In this document: positions 13,758-26,101 of the stretch, one piece after another | Layout of the letters: each line of letters starts with the position of its first letter | Position numbering within the stretch: the stretch's first letter is position 1 | Position numbers and translations under genes: made by a program | The notes under the pieces: generated by a model | Seen by the model: the letters and a program-made list of their open reading frames with translations, nothing else | Told to the model about the DNA's origin: nothing | Databases searched by the model: none | Origin: Chrysomallon squamiferum | Lineage: Eukaryota; Animalia; Mollusca | DNA length: 64,000 nt | Assembly: GCA_012295275.1 (NCBI GenBank) | Contig: CM022679.1 | Span: 2,790,001-2,854,000, forward strand | Direction: 5' to 3'

Positions 13758-13834
13758 GATTTGGGGGTTTCCCGATTTGGGGGTTTCCTGATTTCGGGGT
13801 TTCCCGATTCGGGGGTTTCCCGATGTGGGATCTT
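13758..13834 (+). promoter_or_regulatory. Tandem array of NF-kappaB/Rel-like sites (16-bp period) upstream of receptor C
   Basis: gatttGGGGGTTTCCc, gatttGGGGGTTTCCt, gatttcGGGGTTTCCC, gattcGGGGGTTTCCc and a decayed fifth unit. Each of the four fits GGGRNWYYCC; the fourth unit ends about 64 nt before the ATG at 13885. Confidence 0.55.
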
Positions 13835-13884
13835 CTTAAACATTAAGTTAAAGTGGTAGACAGAAGCTGATCGTTCTAAATCTG

Positions 13885-15342
13885 ATGGAGCTGATTTATT
13901 ATTCGTCAGCTGTAATTTTGCTTTCTGTTTACGTTCTAACAAAACCCAATTGTCCACCGAACACTTATTACGACTCTTCAACAAGGAATTGTGATTCGTG
14001 TGGTTTTATTTGCACGTATCCAGAAATTCAAGGCACCGTAGACAAGTGCAAAAACCTCTGTCCAGGTAAATGTATAAATATAAATATAAATATATATCAG
14101 TATATTTTGTTCTAACAATTTTTATCAACGACAATTTGTAAACTAATATATTACTTATTTTGAGTAGTGATTTTTTTTTTTTTTTTTTACATTTAGATTG
14201 TAATAGAGCCTGCACGGGCGCATCCATATTCGAGTGAATTATCTTCACCTCGTAGCCCTGTTGTTATTCATAATACTCATTTTAACAGTCTCGTCAAATT
14301 CTGGTTATATGTTTTTCTATTAGAAACGTCATATACAGAAGATGAATAAAGTACCAAGTTGTTTTTCAAGACCTTTCCACTGTTAATCAACAATCACTTT
14401 GAATACATTTCTTCAGCGTAACTTAAAACAGTTCTAGCTCATATTCGGGATCGGAGGCTTTTTCCCCTCAACTGTTACGTAGTCTTCATTCGAAAAACTG
14501 ATGTAACACAACCGTGTTACACACGCACTGGTAATCACGAAATCGATACTGGAACCCATCCATTTGAAACGATAAAATAAAATTTGGTGCATGCCTGATA
14601 TTTCAAACAACAATTATTTATTGTTTGTGAACGATTGTCTGAAACGCGGAGCCTCGCTTATTGACAACAGGGTGATTTCTTTTCCTAAAATTCTGTAAAG
14701 AAATCAAATCAAATTAATTGCTGTATTATAATTAAAATTTATTTAAGTTCTAATTTTGTGGTGTTATTACTTTCATTTAATAAAAATAACTTTTTTATAT
14801 GAATTACAGTGATAATGTATGAGGTCTGATTTATTTTTCTGTTGTATTAACAGTATATATAACTGACTACACTGTTCAGTCTGTAATACAGGCCATAAGC
14901 ACATAAATTACAGGCCATCAGATAAAGTATATCAAGTTTGTGGTGTCTAAATATATATTTGTTTTCCTTTTTTGTTTCTAGGATTCACCACCCCTAAATC
15001 AACAGATCGACCTATTGATATTGAGGAACCTATTTCATATAGCACCATAGCGATTATTGTCATTATAGTAGTTGTTGCGGTCATCAGTGCTGTTGGTGTT
15101 TCGTACTGCCTAATAAAGAAAAAATGTGCTAAAGGACGTGCAAAAAACCAAGGTTTGACATCATATACGTATTTATTTGACAAGCAAGTTTTTTCTTTAT
15201 TTCTTCATTTATTCGAGTAGCATTATTGTTAGTTTAGCTGACTTTTTTGTTGATTTTTATTTTTATTATTATTTTTTTTTTGTTAATGTTCTTTCATTAA
15301 AATAGTCATATATCTCTATACGCAGATTCTTTTTTTAAATTA

Positions 15343-15391
<49 letters not shown>

Positions 15392-15693
15392 TTCATAGAT
15401 TTGATTTTGTTTTTCCTGTCTAAGGAAAGATGCATCAGCATTGTATATGGCGATATCCTTTGAATTATTCAACGATTTTCACAACTTTTAAAATATCACA
15501 CTGATTTCTGTCACATTATTAAGAATAGTGTATTAAAGCCTGTTTGTTTTAAGGATCTGTTCAATATATTTTACTGGTTTTGTGAAAATACTTTACATAA
15601 TGCTAATTAACTAATGTTTGTTCTTATATACAAAATGTGTGTGTAAATGAGTGTGTGTGTTTATATGTGTTTCTTTATGTATCGATGTGTGTT

Positions 15694-15748
<55 letters not shown>

Positions 15749-16092
15749 TAGTGTATGAGTATGTGTGTGTTTGCCCTGACATTGGTTAATCTCTTGCAGT
15801 CAGGATAATTTCACCATAATCTTTTTTTTCTCTCGGTAAAATTAAAAACATGACTATGACGTGTTTACTGGTTTTACTGAAATATGTAACAGTTGAGTGT
15901 TTCTTTTCTGCAGAGAAAAAACAGAAAAGTAAACTGCTTCCTCCAGAAGACAGGAAAAAACCTGTGGAAGCAACAGAAGAGAATCCTGCTTCTCAGAAAC
16001 TATGGCAAACTAGAAGGGAGACAACCATTGAAAACAAAATGATTTTTAATAAACATGAAAAAGGATACTCTTCAAATAAAGTAATAAAATAG
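13885..16092 (+). CDS. TNFR-superfamily-like type I receptor C (single CRD, TM, TRAF-motif tail), isoform with terminal exon 3a, about 176 aa
   Basis: Exons 13885-14065 (signal + CPPNTYYDSSTRNCDSCGFICTYPEIQGTVDKCKNLC), 14982-15152 (stalk + TM IAIIVIIVVVAVISAVGVSYCLI + KKK) and 15914-16092 (EKKQKSKLLPPEDRKKPVEATEENPASQKLW...). Phase-1 GT-AG introns, open frame. Confidence 0.8.
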
Positions 16093-16390
16093 TTTAGATC
16101 TGAACAAAGAAACAAAACTGGATTAAAAAAACAAAAAACTAAAATAATGTGTATTTGAACAAACATATACAAAATGTGATTGTGTATGTGTGTTTCTCTA
16201 TGTGTGTGCATGAGCATGCATGCATGTGTGTGTGTGTGTGTGTGTGCTTGCAATGAAATTGGTTTAACCCCATGCACTTTTTTTCAGGAACCCTCCATCT
16301 ATTATTATTATTGTGTAAAATTTAAAAAATGACTATTAGGTATATACTGGTTTTGCTGAAGTTACGTACAAGTTGAATTCTTTTTTTTAG

Positions 16391-16467
16391 GTTCCAACAT
16401 AAGAAGACCAGTGCAATGTTCAGAAGCAAATCCTACCTGTGATAAACTGGTAGTATCTGGTCACTAA
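16391..16467 (+). CDS. Alternative duplicated terminal exon 3b of receptor C (GSNIRRPVQCSEANPTCDKLVVSGH*)
   Basis: Poly-T + AG acceptor in phase 1, compatible with exon 2. The peptide and the preceding 70 nt of intron align with exon 3a and its acceptor region. Confidence 0.55.
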
Positions 16468-18223
16468 TTTGAGGAAGATTCTTTTTGTTTTCATGGTGTA
16501 GTAAACAACTTTTCAGTTAATTCTTGACATATATACACTACGGTTTACCTTCACTTTTCTGGACACCTGAAAAAGAGTAGTAAAAGAGATACTGTTCAGT
16601 TAGGATTGGCTTCAATTTGTGGGTAGAAGTTGAAAACATTCGCTTCAACTGTATTAAAAAAAAAAAAAAAACTTATTGAAATAAATAAATAAATTAATTA
16701 AAAACTAAAAAGTAAAAAATGTAAAATAATGTGTATTTGAACAAACAAAAACAAAATAACAACAACAGCTATAGTATTTTTACACTTTTGTACAATCTTA
16801 CTGAATTAAAAGTTATTATAGGCCTGAATAAGATAAGTAATAGACAATTAAATAGTTTGTCTTCTGTTATCTGCTCTTAGTAACAAGCTGCATTATAGCA
16901 TCCTTATTGTTACACTAATTTAAAATTGTACTTAACTTGTACTTAGATGTTAAGGAATGTTAAGAATTACTATTTACATTTAATTTGTACTGAAGTCTTA
17001 AATAATTTTAAAATGTTACAGAATAAGAATAAGATCATATTATTATTTAGTCACGTATTTACATTTGACTTGTATTTGAGTGTCAAAGTATTTTAAATTG
17101 TTATAGAACAAGAGGCATCAGAATATGTGAAACAAGCGGGCCTCTCCTTCCCTTGAAAAACTAGATAAACTGGTAACATGCTGAACATATAAGAGTTTTC
17201 GGTAGAGAGAACATATGAACTGTTTAATACCTAATATCTGTTCTGTTGTTTTTGACTTGTGCATAGCTATTGTGTAAATAAACCGTAAAATAAATGTGTT
17301 AAGATGCAGTTATGTTTATATATATATATATTTAATGTCTTCAAATTTTTAATATTTACAGTTTTCATTTTGTTAAACTTTTACCGTTTATTTACACAAT
17401 AGCTATGTACACAAAGTCAAACTGCAGTTATTGTAATGACACTTTATTGGAAGAAACTGATTTCTGATGCATATTAACAGTTGATGCATTTTGTTGCAGT
17501 TTGCTTTGATTCTTATTGTTATTATTATTTTAGTTGTCTATATGTTATTTGCTGTATGGAATTCTATTTATTTTTAATAATTAATTCTACTGATTGTTTG
17601 TAACATAAATGCATTTTGTAAATATTTGTGTTCTTCTATTTGTGCCATTTAACACAAAAAAAATATCTGATCAGAATGTCATATGTCACCTTTTGTGATA
17701 TCAGATGTGTCACAAGATGCATTACTGTAATTAACACATTTGCATATTAACACATTTATTTACATATACTTATTGTACATGAAAATATAGACTGTTCTTG
17801 AATGTAAACATACGGTTTTAAAGTGTGATGAAGCCATTATGTCAGACTTAATTGTCTGTTCTAGACCATCAGTGACATGTAAATACAAATTTTATACCTT
17901 TTATGTAGTTGTTTTCTTTCTTACTTTTTTACATAATTAGTTGTATAGTTGAATGAAATGAACAGTGAAAGACTCATTTGAACACAAAAAACTTCACTTT
18001 AGTAAACATCTTCCACTGACTGAACAAACTGAGAATTGTGTATACGTAGAGGCCAGTAATCTCTTACACTAGAGTACTTCATTTGATAGAATACAAACAT
18101 ACAAATGTACACACATACATATGTATACACATTGTCAACAGCATTTCCCCACATCATTTTAACAATGTATTAACTTTAAACTGAAACAAACAAAAAAAAA
18201 AATTTAAAATTTAAAAAAAATTA

Positions 18224-18268
<45 letters not shown>

Positions 18269-18335
18269 TTCCAAACATTGCCTATATTTTGAAAACACCA
18301 CATCAGAATGTTTTATACTTTGCTTTGATTTCCTC

Positions 18336-18415
18336 GATTTGGGGGTTTTCTGATTAGGGGGTTTCCCGATTTGGGGGTTTCCAGATTTGGGGGTTTCCCG
18401 ATATTGGGTTTTCCA
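18336..18415 (+). promoter_or_regulatory. Five-unit 16-bp NF-kappaB-like array upstream of receptor copy D
   Basis: gatttgggggttttct, gattagggggtttccc, gatttgggggtttcca, gatttgggggtttccc, gatattgggttttcca; paralogous to 13758-13834. Confidence 0.5.
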
Positions 18416-18502
18416 GATTTATTTTTAGAATATAGAACCGGCTTAAACGTAAAGTGAAAGCGGTAGACAGAAGCTGATCGTTCGGATCGCCATTTAAATC
18501 TG

Positions 18503-19618
18503 ATGGAGCTGATTTATTATTCATCAGCTGTAATTTTACTTTCTGTTTACGTTCTAACAAAATTATTTGTAAACCGAACTCTTACTACGATTCTTCGACA
18601 GATAACTGTGATTCATGTGGTTTTATTTGCACATTTGCAGAAATTCAAGGCACGGTAGACAAGTGCAAAAAACTCTCTCCAGGTAAATGAATAAATATAT
18701 TTTGTTCTTGTTCAATTTTGATCAACGACAAATTCTAGACTGTAGTAGAACCTGCATGAGCGCATCCATCTTGGAATGAACGATCTTCGTGTCGGAGCGC
18801 TGTTGTTATTCATAATACTCATTTTAACAGTCTCGTCAAATTCTCTGTTATATGTTTTTCTATTAGAAACGTCATAACGCTTGATATTTAGTACAAAAAG
18901 ATGAGTAAAGTAGCACTGCTAAACATTTTTCAAGACCTTTCCACTGTTAATCAACAATCACTTTGAATAAATTTCTTTAGCGTAACTTAAAACAGTTCTA
19001 ACTCATATTCGGGATCGGAGGCTTTTCCCCCTCAAATGTTTTAGTCTTCATTCGTAGTCTTCATTTTGTAAAACTGAATGTGGTTTTATTGGTTTAATCT
19101 AATAAAAATAACTTTTATATAATTGTTTACAGTGATAATGTATAAGGTCTGGTTTCTTTTTCTATGATTCTGGCCATAAAATCCATCAGGTAAATTAAAA
19201 TTTATTTATTTTCAAGTTTGTGGTGTCTAAATATATATTTGTTTTCTTTTTTACAGTTTCTAGGATACATCATCCCTAAATCAACAGATCCACCTATTCA
19301 GCATGAGGACCCAGTTTCATATAGCACCGTAGCGTCTTTATTTCTTTAAATTGTCATTATAGTAGTTGCTCTGGTTTCTGTTCTTTTGGTGTTTTCTTTT
19401 TGTTTCTAGGAAACAAAACAGATGTGCCTAAAGGACATGAAAAACAGCATATAGCACTATTGACATCATTTTATACGTATTTATTTTGACTTGCAAGTTT
19501 TTGTTTATTTCTTTATTTATTCTAAAAACATTAAGGTTTGACATATTTTACATATTTTAGCTGATTTTTTTTATTTATTTATTTATTTATTAATTTATTC
19601 TTTTTATGATTATTTATT

Positions 19619-19654
<36 letters not shown>

Positions 19655-20328
19655 TTCTTTAAGATGAATTTTTTTTTCCTGTTTAAGGAAAGATGTATCA
19701 GCCTTGTATGAGGAGATATTGTTTGAATTATTAAACGATTTTCACACCTTTTAAAATAATACACTGATTTCTGTCACCTTTTTAAGACTAGTTTGTGACC
19801 AGATACAGATTTAGATTTCATAGATTGTTTACTGATGATACCTAATTCATGATTTCTCTCTAAATAAATCTGTATTTCATTTAAATTTGTTAAGCCTGTT
19901 TCTTTTCAGGATCTGTTAAATATATTTTACTGGTGCTGTGAAAACACTTTTCATAATGCTAAATAACTAATGTTTGTTCTTATATACAAAGTGTGTGTCT
20001 GTTTATATGTGTATCTCTGTATCTCTGTCTGTGTGTGTGTGTGTGTGTGTGGGTGTTGTGTTAACCTCCTGTGTGTCAGTGTAATTTTGTTTTTGCGTCA
20101 ATGATTTTTTTTTTTCACTCAGGAAACCTCTGTATGTTTTTATTGTCATGTAAAATTTAAAAAATAAGTATCAAGTGTATGCTGGTTTTACTGAAATATG
20201 TAACAGTTGAGTGTTTTTTTTCTGCAGAGAAAAAACAGAAAAGTAAACTGCTTCCTCCAGAAGACAGGAAAAAACCGGTGGAAGCAACAGAAGAGAATCC
20301 TGCTTCTCAGAAACTAGTGGTAAACTAG
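18503..20328 (+). pseudogene. Receptor D: tandem duplicate of C, frameshifted and stop-containing
   Basis: Exon 1 (18503-18682) is 180 nt versus 181 in C, with a 1-nt loss before the first Cys and the last Cys changed to Ser (tgt>tct). Exon 2 from 19264 has an inserted in-frame TAA, further indels and no clear donor. Exon 3 (20228-20328) is intact (...PVEATEENPASQKLVVN*). Confidence 0.7.
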
Positions 20329-20789
20329 AAGGGAGACAACCATTGAAAACAAAATAATTTTTGATAAACATGAACAAGGATACTCTTGAAAAAAAGAACA
20401 AAATAATTTAGATCTGAACAAAGAAACAAAATTGGATCTAAAAAAAAAAAAATGTAAATAAAATAAATAAATAAATTAAAAAATAAATAAATAAATGAAT
20501 TAAGAATTAAAAAGTAAAAACTGTAAAATAATGTGTATTTGAACAAAGAACAAACAAAATAACAACAACAAGTAATAGATATTAAATATTTTATCTTCTG
20601 TTATCTGCTCTTAGTAACAAGCTGCAATTTCAGATTACAGATTTGTTTTAATTTATCAAGAGATTATAGCATCCTTATTTTTACACTAATTTAAAATTGT
20701 ACTTAACTTGTACTTAAATGTTAAAGAATGTTAAGAATTACTATTTACTGAAGATGAAAATCATTAAATCCTTTATTTATTTGGTTAAA

Positions 20790-21160
20790 ACTTGTCTGCA
20801 GCTGACAATAGCTAAAAACCAAGGACTCCCTGGAGACAAACTAACTGCCCTCATGAAATGTGTATGTGTATGTGGCTCACCAGTTCTAACCTGGCATACA
20901 TGACTGACTGCTTATACCCCTCCTGCCCTTCAAATTAGAGTCCGTGGAAGAGCCAAGATGCCCCAATTAACCAACCACCACAGTACAATGCTGATGTCAT
21001 CTTCAGCTCCTAAGACTGAGTATATCCACATTACCTTAAGCTGAAGTGGAACCTAACCCAAGACCAGAGGAACCTTATCTCTCTTCAGGGTTCCTCCAGC
21101 CAGAATGAGTCTATATCCAGTCCATCGATCATGGAAACACTTGGCCTCCACCCAAAACAA
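20790..21160 (+). mobile_element. Possible decayed non-LTR retrotransposon 3' fragment inserted in unit D
   Basis: GC-richer block absent from unit C. It translates to CVCGSPVLTWH, reminiscent of the C-x-CG...H zinc-knuckle region at the end of LINE ORF2. Confidence 0.3.
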
Positions 21161-23235
21161 CAGTACTGCAGTTGTTGTAATGGCACTTTATTGGAAGAAA
21201 CTGATTTCTGATGCCTTATGGCACTTATATTATACTGGACCAGTCAACTACAGTTAATTCCCTTTGGCCGCTGCCCTTCCTTCCCATCCAGTAACCTCAC
21301 AACTAGCTGTATTTTCCTGGCACTGAATGGGATTATTAGGTGTTACAAATAGTCTGTATATTTCTATCACATCATTATAAAACTGTTCATACACTCTGTT
21401 CTCTCATGGCAGCAAACAAGTACTTCAGTGTATCTTAATATAAGATATTAAAAACAATAAAAAGTAAATTATATTTTTATATTGAAAGAAACACATCACA
21501 GATATGCAAATAAAAACGAAACATATAAATACACATAGAAACACATACACAAACTAAGATCCTTATATTTTTTTTTTTTTTTTTTTGAAGAGTATCAGCA
21601 ATACAGTGAGAATTTTGAATCTCTGTAGGAAACATGTCCAATGACTGTTAGATATTGCTACCATGAGGACAGTATTTAAAGATACAGGGACTTATCTTCA
21701 CTGTAAAACACATTAGTTCCAACTAGTAGAAATAATCAGCAGGTAATTTTTTTTTTTTTTTTTTTTTTTGATGCCATACACTAACTGGAATTCTGCCCTA
21801 ATGTTACTAGTATCCTATGAAATCAAACTATGCTGATAACATATCATACTTTCTGCTAGCTAGATGTGATCCTATGACATGACTTTCTTCTAGCAGGATA
21901 TGATCCGGTTATACAATTTTGTATTAGTAAGACTTTCAGCTAGTAAAACAGATTTAGCTTTTTAACAGAATAATTAAATTGGAGAGGTAGCTTCATGTAT
22001 GAAACATCTGAAGAAATTAGATACGCAATGACAAATTCTGAAGATGTGGATGCCCTGAAGCTAACTCTAAATCATTAATAACTGAATATTAATAATTAAT
22101 AATAACAACTAATAACTCATTTATTAATAGTAGACATAATTTTTACAATTGATGCATTTTCATGCAGTTTGGTTTTGATGCTTATTGTTATTATTATTTT
22201 AGTTGACTGTGTTGTTGATTGCTGTATGAAATTCAGTTTGAATGTTTAATAACTATTTCCATTGCTTTTTTATAATGTAAATGCATTTTGTGAATATCAG
22301 TGTTAAGGTTTTATTTGTTAGTTAACACACATAAAAAAATATCTGATCAGAATGGCACATGTCACCTTTTGTGCTATTAGTTTTGTGAAAGACGTTCTAA
22401 ATCAGATGTGTCACAAGATGCATCACTGTAATTAACATATTTGCATCTTAACACATTTATTTACAGTCTTATTCTTGAATGTAAACATGGTTTTGAAGTT
22501 TATAAAGTAAATAAAAATGTTATATCTTTTATGTAGTTGTTTTCTTTGTTATTTTTTTTACATAATTAGTTGTATACTTGAATGAAATGAACAGTGAAAG
22601 ATAAACTGTAAAATAATTGAAGTGTCATTGAATTATGATGACTCAAAATGACATGTGTTCATTTCCTCTTATTACTTTTTATTTTATTTTATTTACTGAC
22701 ATTTATTATATTTATTTATTTATTATTATTGTTATTATTTATTTATTTATTGGGCAATTTCTCAATGAGAACACAAATTTTAAACATATTTTGCAAGAGA
22801 GTCATTTATGTCAGCATTTGTTAAATATATTTTTATAATAATAAAGCTTGTCCCTGGAAGTTCTACTTTCTGCTAGGGAGTTATACTACACAAACAGCAA
22901 ACATACATATAAACACACATACATATAAACATACATACATATAAACATATACACATACATACAAATGTACACACATACATATGCATAGACATTGTCAACA
23001 GCATTTACCACAGCAATTTTAACAATGTATTAACTTTAAACTGAAACAAACAAAAAATAAATTTAAAATTAAAAAATAAATAAATAAATAATAATAATAA
23101 TAATAATAATAACTGAATAAATAAATAAAAATGACAAAAATGTTTGAAAATATTAAACATGATCTCTTTCCACAGTATAGGTACCAAAAGTGATATGTTT
23201 AAAATATTTAAACTTTTACTTTGTCAGAAAATTAC

Positions 23236-23266
<31 letters not shown>

Positions 23267-24954
23267 AGTCTCACTGAATTATGGTGACTCAAAATGAAGT
23301 TGTTATTCCGATATGTGTGTATTTCCTCTTATTACTTTTAATTTTATTTTATTTACTGACTTATTTATTTTTTCTTATATTATTTATTTATTTATTTTAT
23401 TTATTTTGGCAATTTCACAAATTTTCAACACATTTTTCAGGGGAAAAAACTGGTGTTGTCATTCTTATATTTCAAGACTACTCACTACTATGGTTTAGGC
23501 CAGATGTACTGATTTACGTCACAGCATTTAGTTCTGTCTGTAAAATAAATTTATATGAATGTAGGCCAGTGACAACTTCCAGGATCAACTGTAGTGAACC
23601 CCTTCTGCCCTTATACCGAGTTTCAGGATTCAGAGTCCTAAGCATTTTCTAAATTTAGTCTCTACTATCGTGTAGACCACATAGAGTGATTTATGCCACA
23701 GCTTTCATTTCTGTCTGTAGGTCACAACCAACTGGTTTGTACAGTCCATTTATAGTACCATCCCTAACATTTTGGACCTGTGTTCTTAAATATATATTTA
23801 TAATAATAAATCTTGTGCGTAGAAAATGAAAGACTCGAATCTGAAAATAAAACAAATTTGCCCGTCATGACAGAACTAAATATATCTGTTATTGTGGATA
23901 TTAATAATTAGAAATGGTGATTAATATATCAGAATAATCTATTCAGTATTAATCAACACTGTGTATCTTGATTTTTCATTATTAAGTATTTTAAATATTT
24001 AGTGGTAAACAGTTAAAACGATGCTGTGATATACAGTTTCAACATCCTATGCGATCTCTGAAGGCCAGTTTTTTTCTGTCACGTATTTTTAAATTCCTCA
24101 CACAGGCCATTTCTTTCCTTGTTTATACTATTATTATAAGATATTATAACCCTCAGTTTGGTTTCCGCGGCAAACTGAAGGTTTTGTATACGCGTGATCC
24201 TTCAGAAAAACTCGTGGCCTATAAAAATACGCGAACTTAATTCGTCCTGAAAGTTTCATGTACGTGCAGTTTTCACTCGCTCATTTTGATTGTTTTGGTC
24301 AGACTGAATCTACCTGATTATTTGTCCCTGGGTGATATAAACCAGGATAAAAAAATAAAATAAATAACGACCCTAAAAAAAAGAATTTGAAGAAATGCGC
24401 CACCTGAAATGTGTGCGTGCGTATGTGTGTTACTTAAAAGACTACAAGTATTTGATCTCTAACCATAATCTTCTGCAATACACAAACTCGGCTACAGCTT
24501 GGAGCTCCCTCCAGAAAGGTGTTTCAGGTTCTACTTAGGGGCAATAACTTTATTTCTTTGTTTATTTGAGTAGCATTAGTTTTAGTTTAGCTGACTATTA
24601 TTATTTTTATTTAATATGTTACTTCATTTAAATGATTATATAACTTTAAAAGCAAACTATATATTTTTTAAAATTATTTTTATGTTATTACTGGTTTGGT
24701 GTGAAACTTTTCATAATGCGAATTAACTAATGTTTAATCTCGTGTACAAAGTGTGTGTATGTGGGTATATATCTGTATGTGTTTCTCTATGTGTGTATAT
24801 GTGAGTGTGCGCGTGTGTCTGTATGTGTGCTTGCAGTGATATTGGTTCACCTCCTTCAGTCTGGATAATTTCACCATAATTTTTTATATTTTTTTCAGGA
24901 ACCCTGCATATATTTTTATAATCATGTAAAATTCTAAAAATTTTAAAATATTAA

Positions 24955-25540
24955 TTTAAAATTTCAAGTATAATACACCTAACTTATAATGATGATAGTT
25001 AAATTTCAAATATTACATCATATTAAATGTATAATTATCGTATGTAAATTTCAAACATAATACATCCTACTTATAATGATGACAATTAAATTTGAAATAT
25101 TATATTTAAATAATAACTATATGTAAATTTCAAGTATTGATACAATACATCTAACTTATAATGATGTCTGTAAAAATTTGAAATATATTATATTTAATTT
25201 CTAATTATGATATGTAAATTTCAAGCATAAAACATCCAACTTATAATGATGAATATTAAATTTGAAGTATTATATTATTTTTAATTTATAGTTATATGTA
25301 AATTTGAAGTATTGATACAGTACATCCAACTTATAATGGTGACTGTAAAAATTTCAAATATTATATTATATTTAATTTATATATATGATAAGTAAATTTC
25401 AAGCATAATATATCCAGCTTAGATGACTGAAAATATTTCAAATATTATATTTAATTTATAATTATGATATGTATATTTCAAGCATAATACAACCAACTTA
25501 TAATGGTGACCGTTAAATTTCGAATATTATATTATATTAT
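24955..25540. repeat. AT-rich minisatellite, about 85-88-bp unit, about 7 copies
   Basis: The motif taaatttcaagcataatacatccaacttataatg recurs near 24960, 25045, 25125, 25215, 25300, 25393 and 25472. Confidence 0.85.
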
Positions 25541-26101
25541 AATATACTAAAATGTACAATGTGAAGCTATTGTTAAAATAATCAACGACACTAAAAATGA
25601 AACAAAATATAAACCAGTAATGTTAATAATGAAATATAAATGAATAAAGAAAGAAAGAACAGAAACAACATTAAATAAATATAAACACCTATATTCTCAC
25701 ATTAATATACATAATTATAAATAAAATTAAATAATAAATAATCTTTATTAAAAATAACTATATTTAAAATTTCGCGGGTCTTTTTTTAGTTTCTACAGTT
25801 CCGGTCATTAACGTTTTCTCTCGTTTTCAATAACCAGAGACAGTCGGGTATCTCGTAAGAGTAAGAAACGAGTTATATGCAAGTATGGTAAGTACTGATG
25901 TTATTTATAAGCATGGGGGTGTTAGTGAAATCATATTCTCTATTATATTTTATAACCAAACTGTAAAGAATCTTGACATTTCTTCAAAATCGTTCACCGG
26001 CAAAACATTTCTGTTGATAAACATATCATCAAGTCGAAATGCACGTGCTAAAGCGAAAATATTGAAATGCCGCTATATCGTTAGCAAGGAATATACTGGG
26101 A

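Larger units (their letters stand above)
13685..23110 (+). repeat. Tandem segmental duplication (units about 13685-18265 and 18265-23110) carrying receptors C and D
   Basis: Collinear introns and flanks (e.g. 14250-14490 vs 18800-19050; 17480-17970 vs 22150-22600; 18100-18190 vs 22960-23050). Unit boundaries fall in (AAT)n tracts. Confidence 0.85.
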
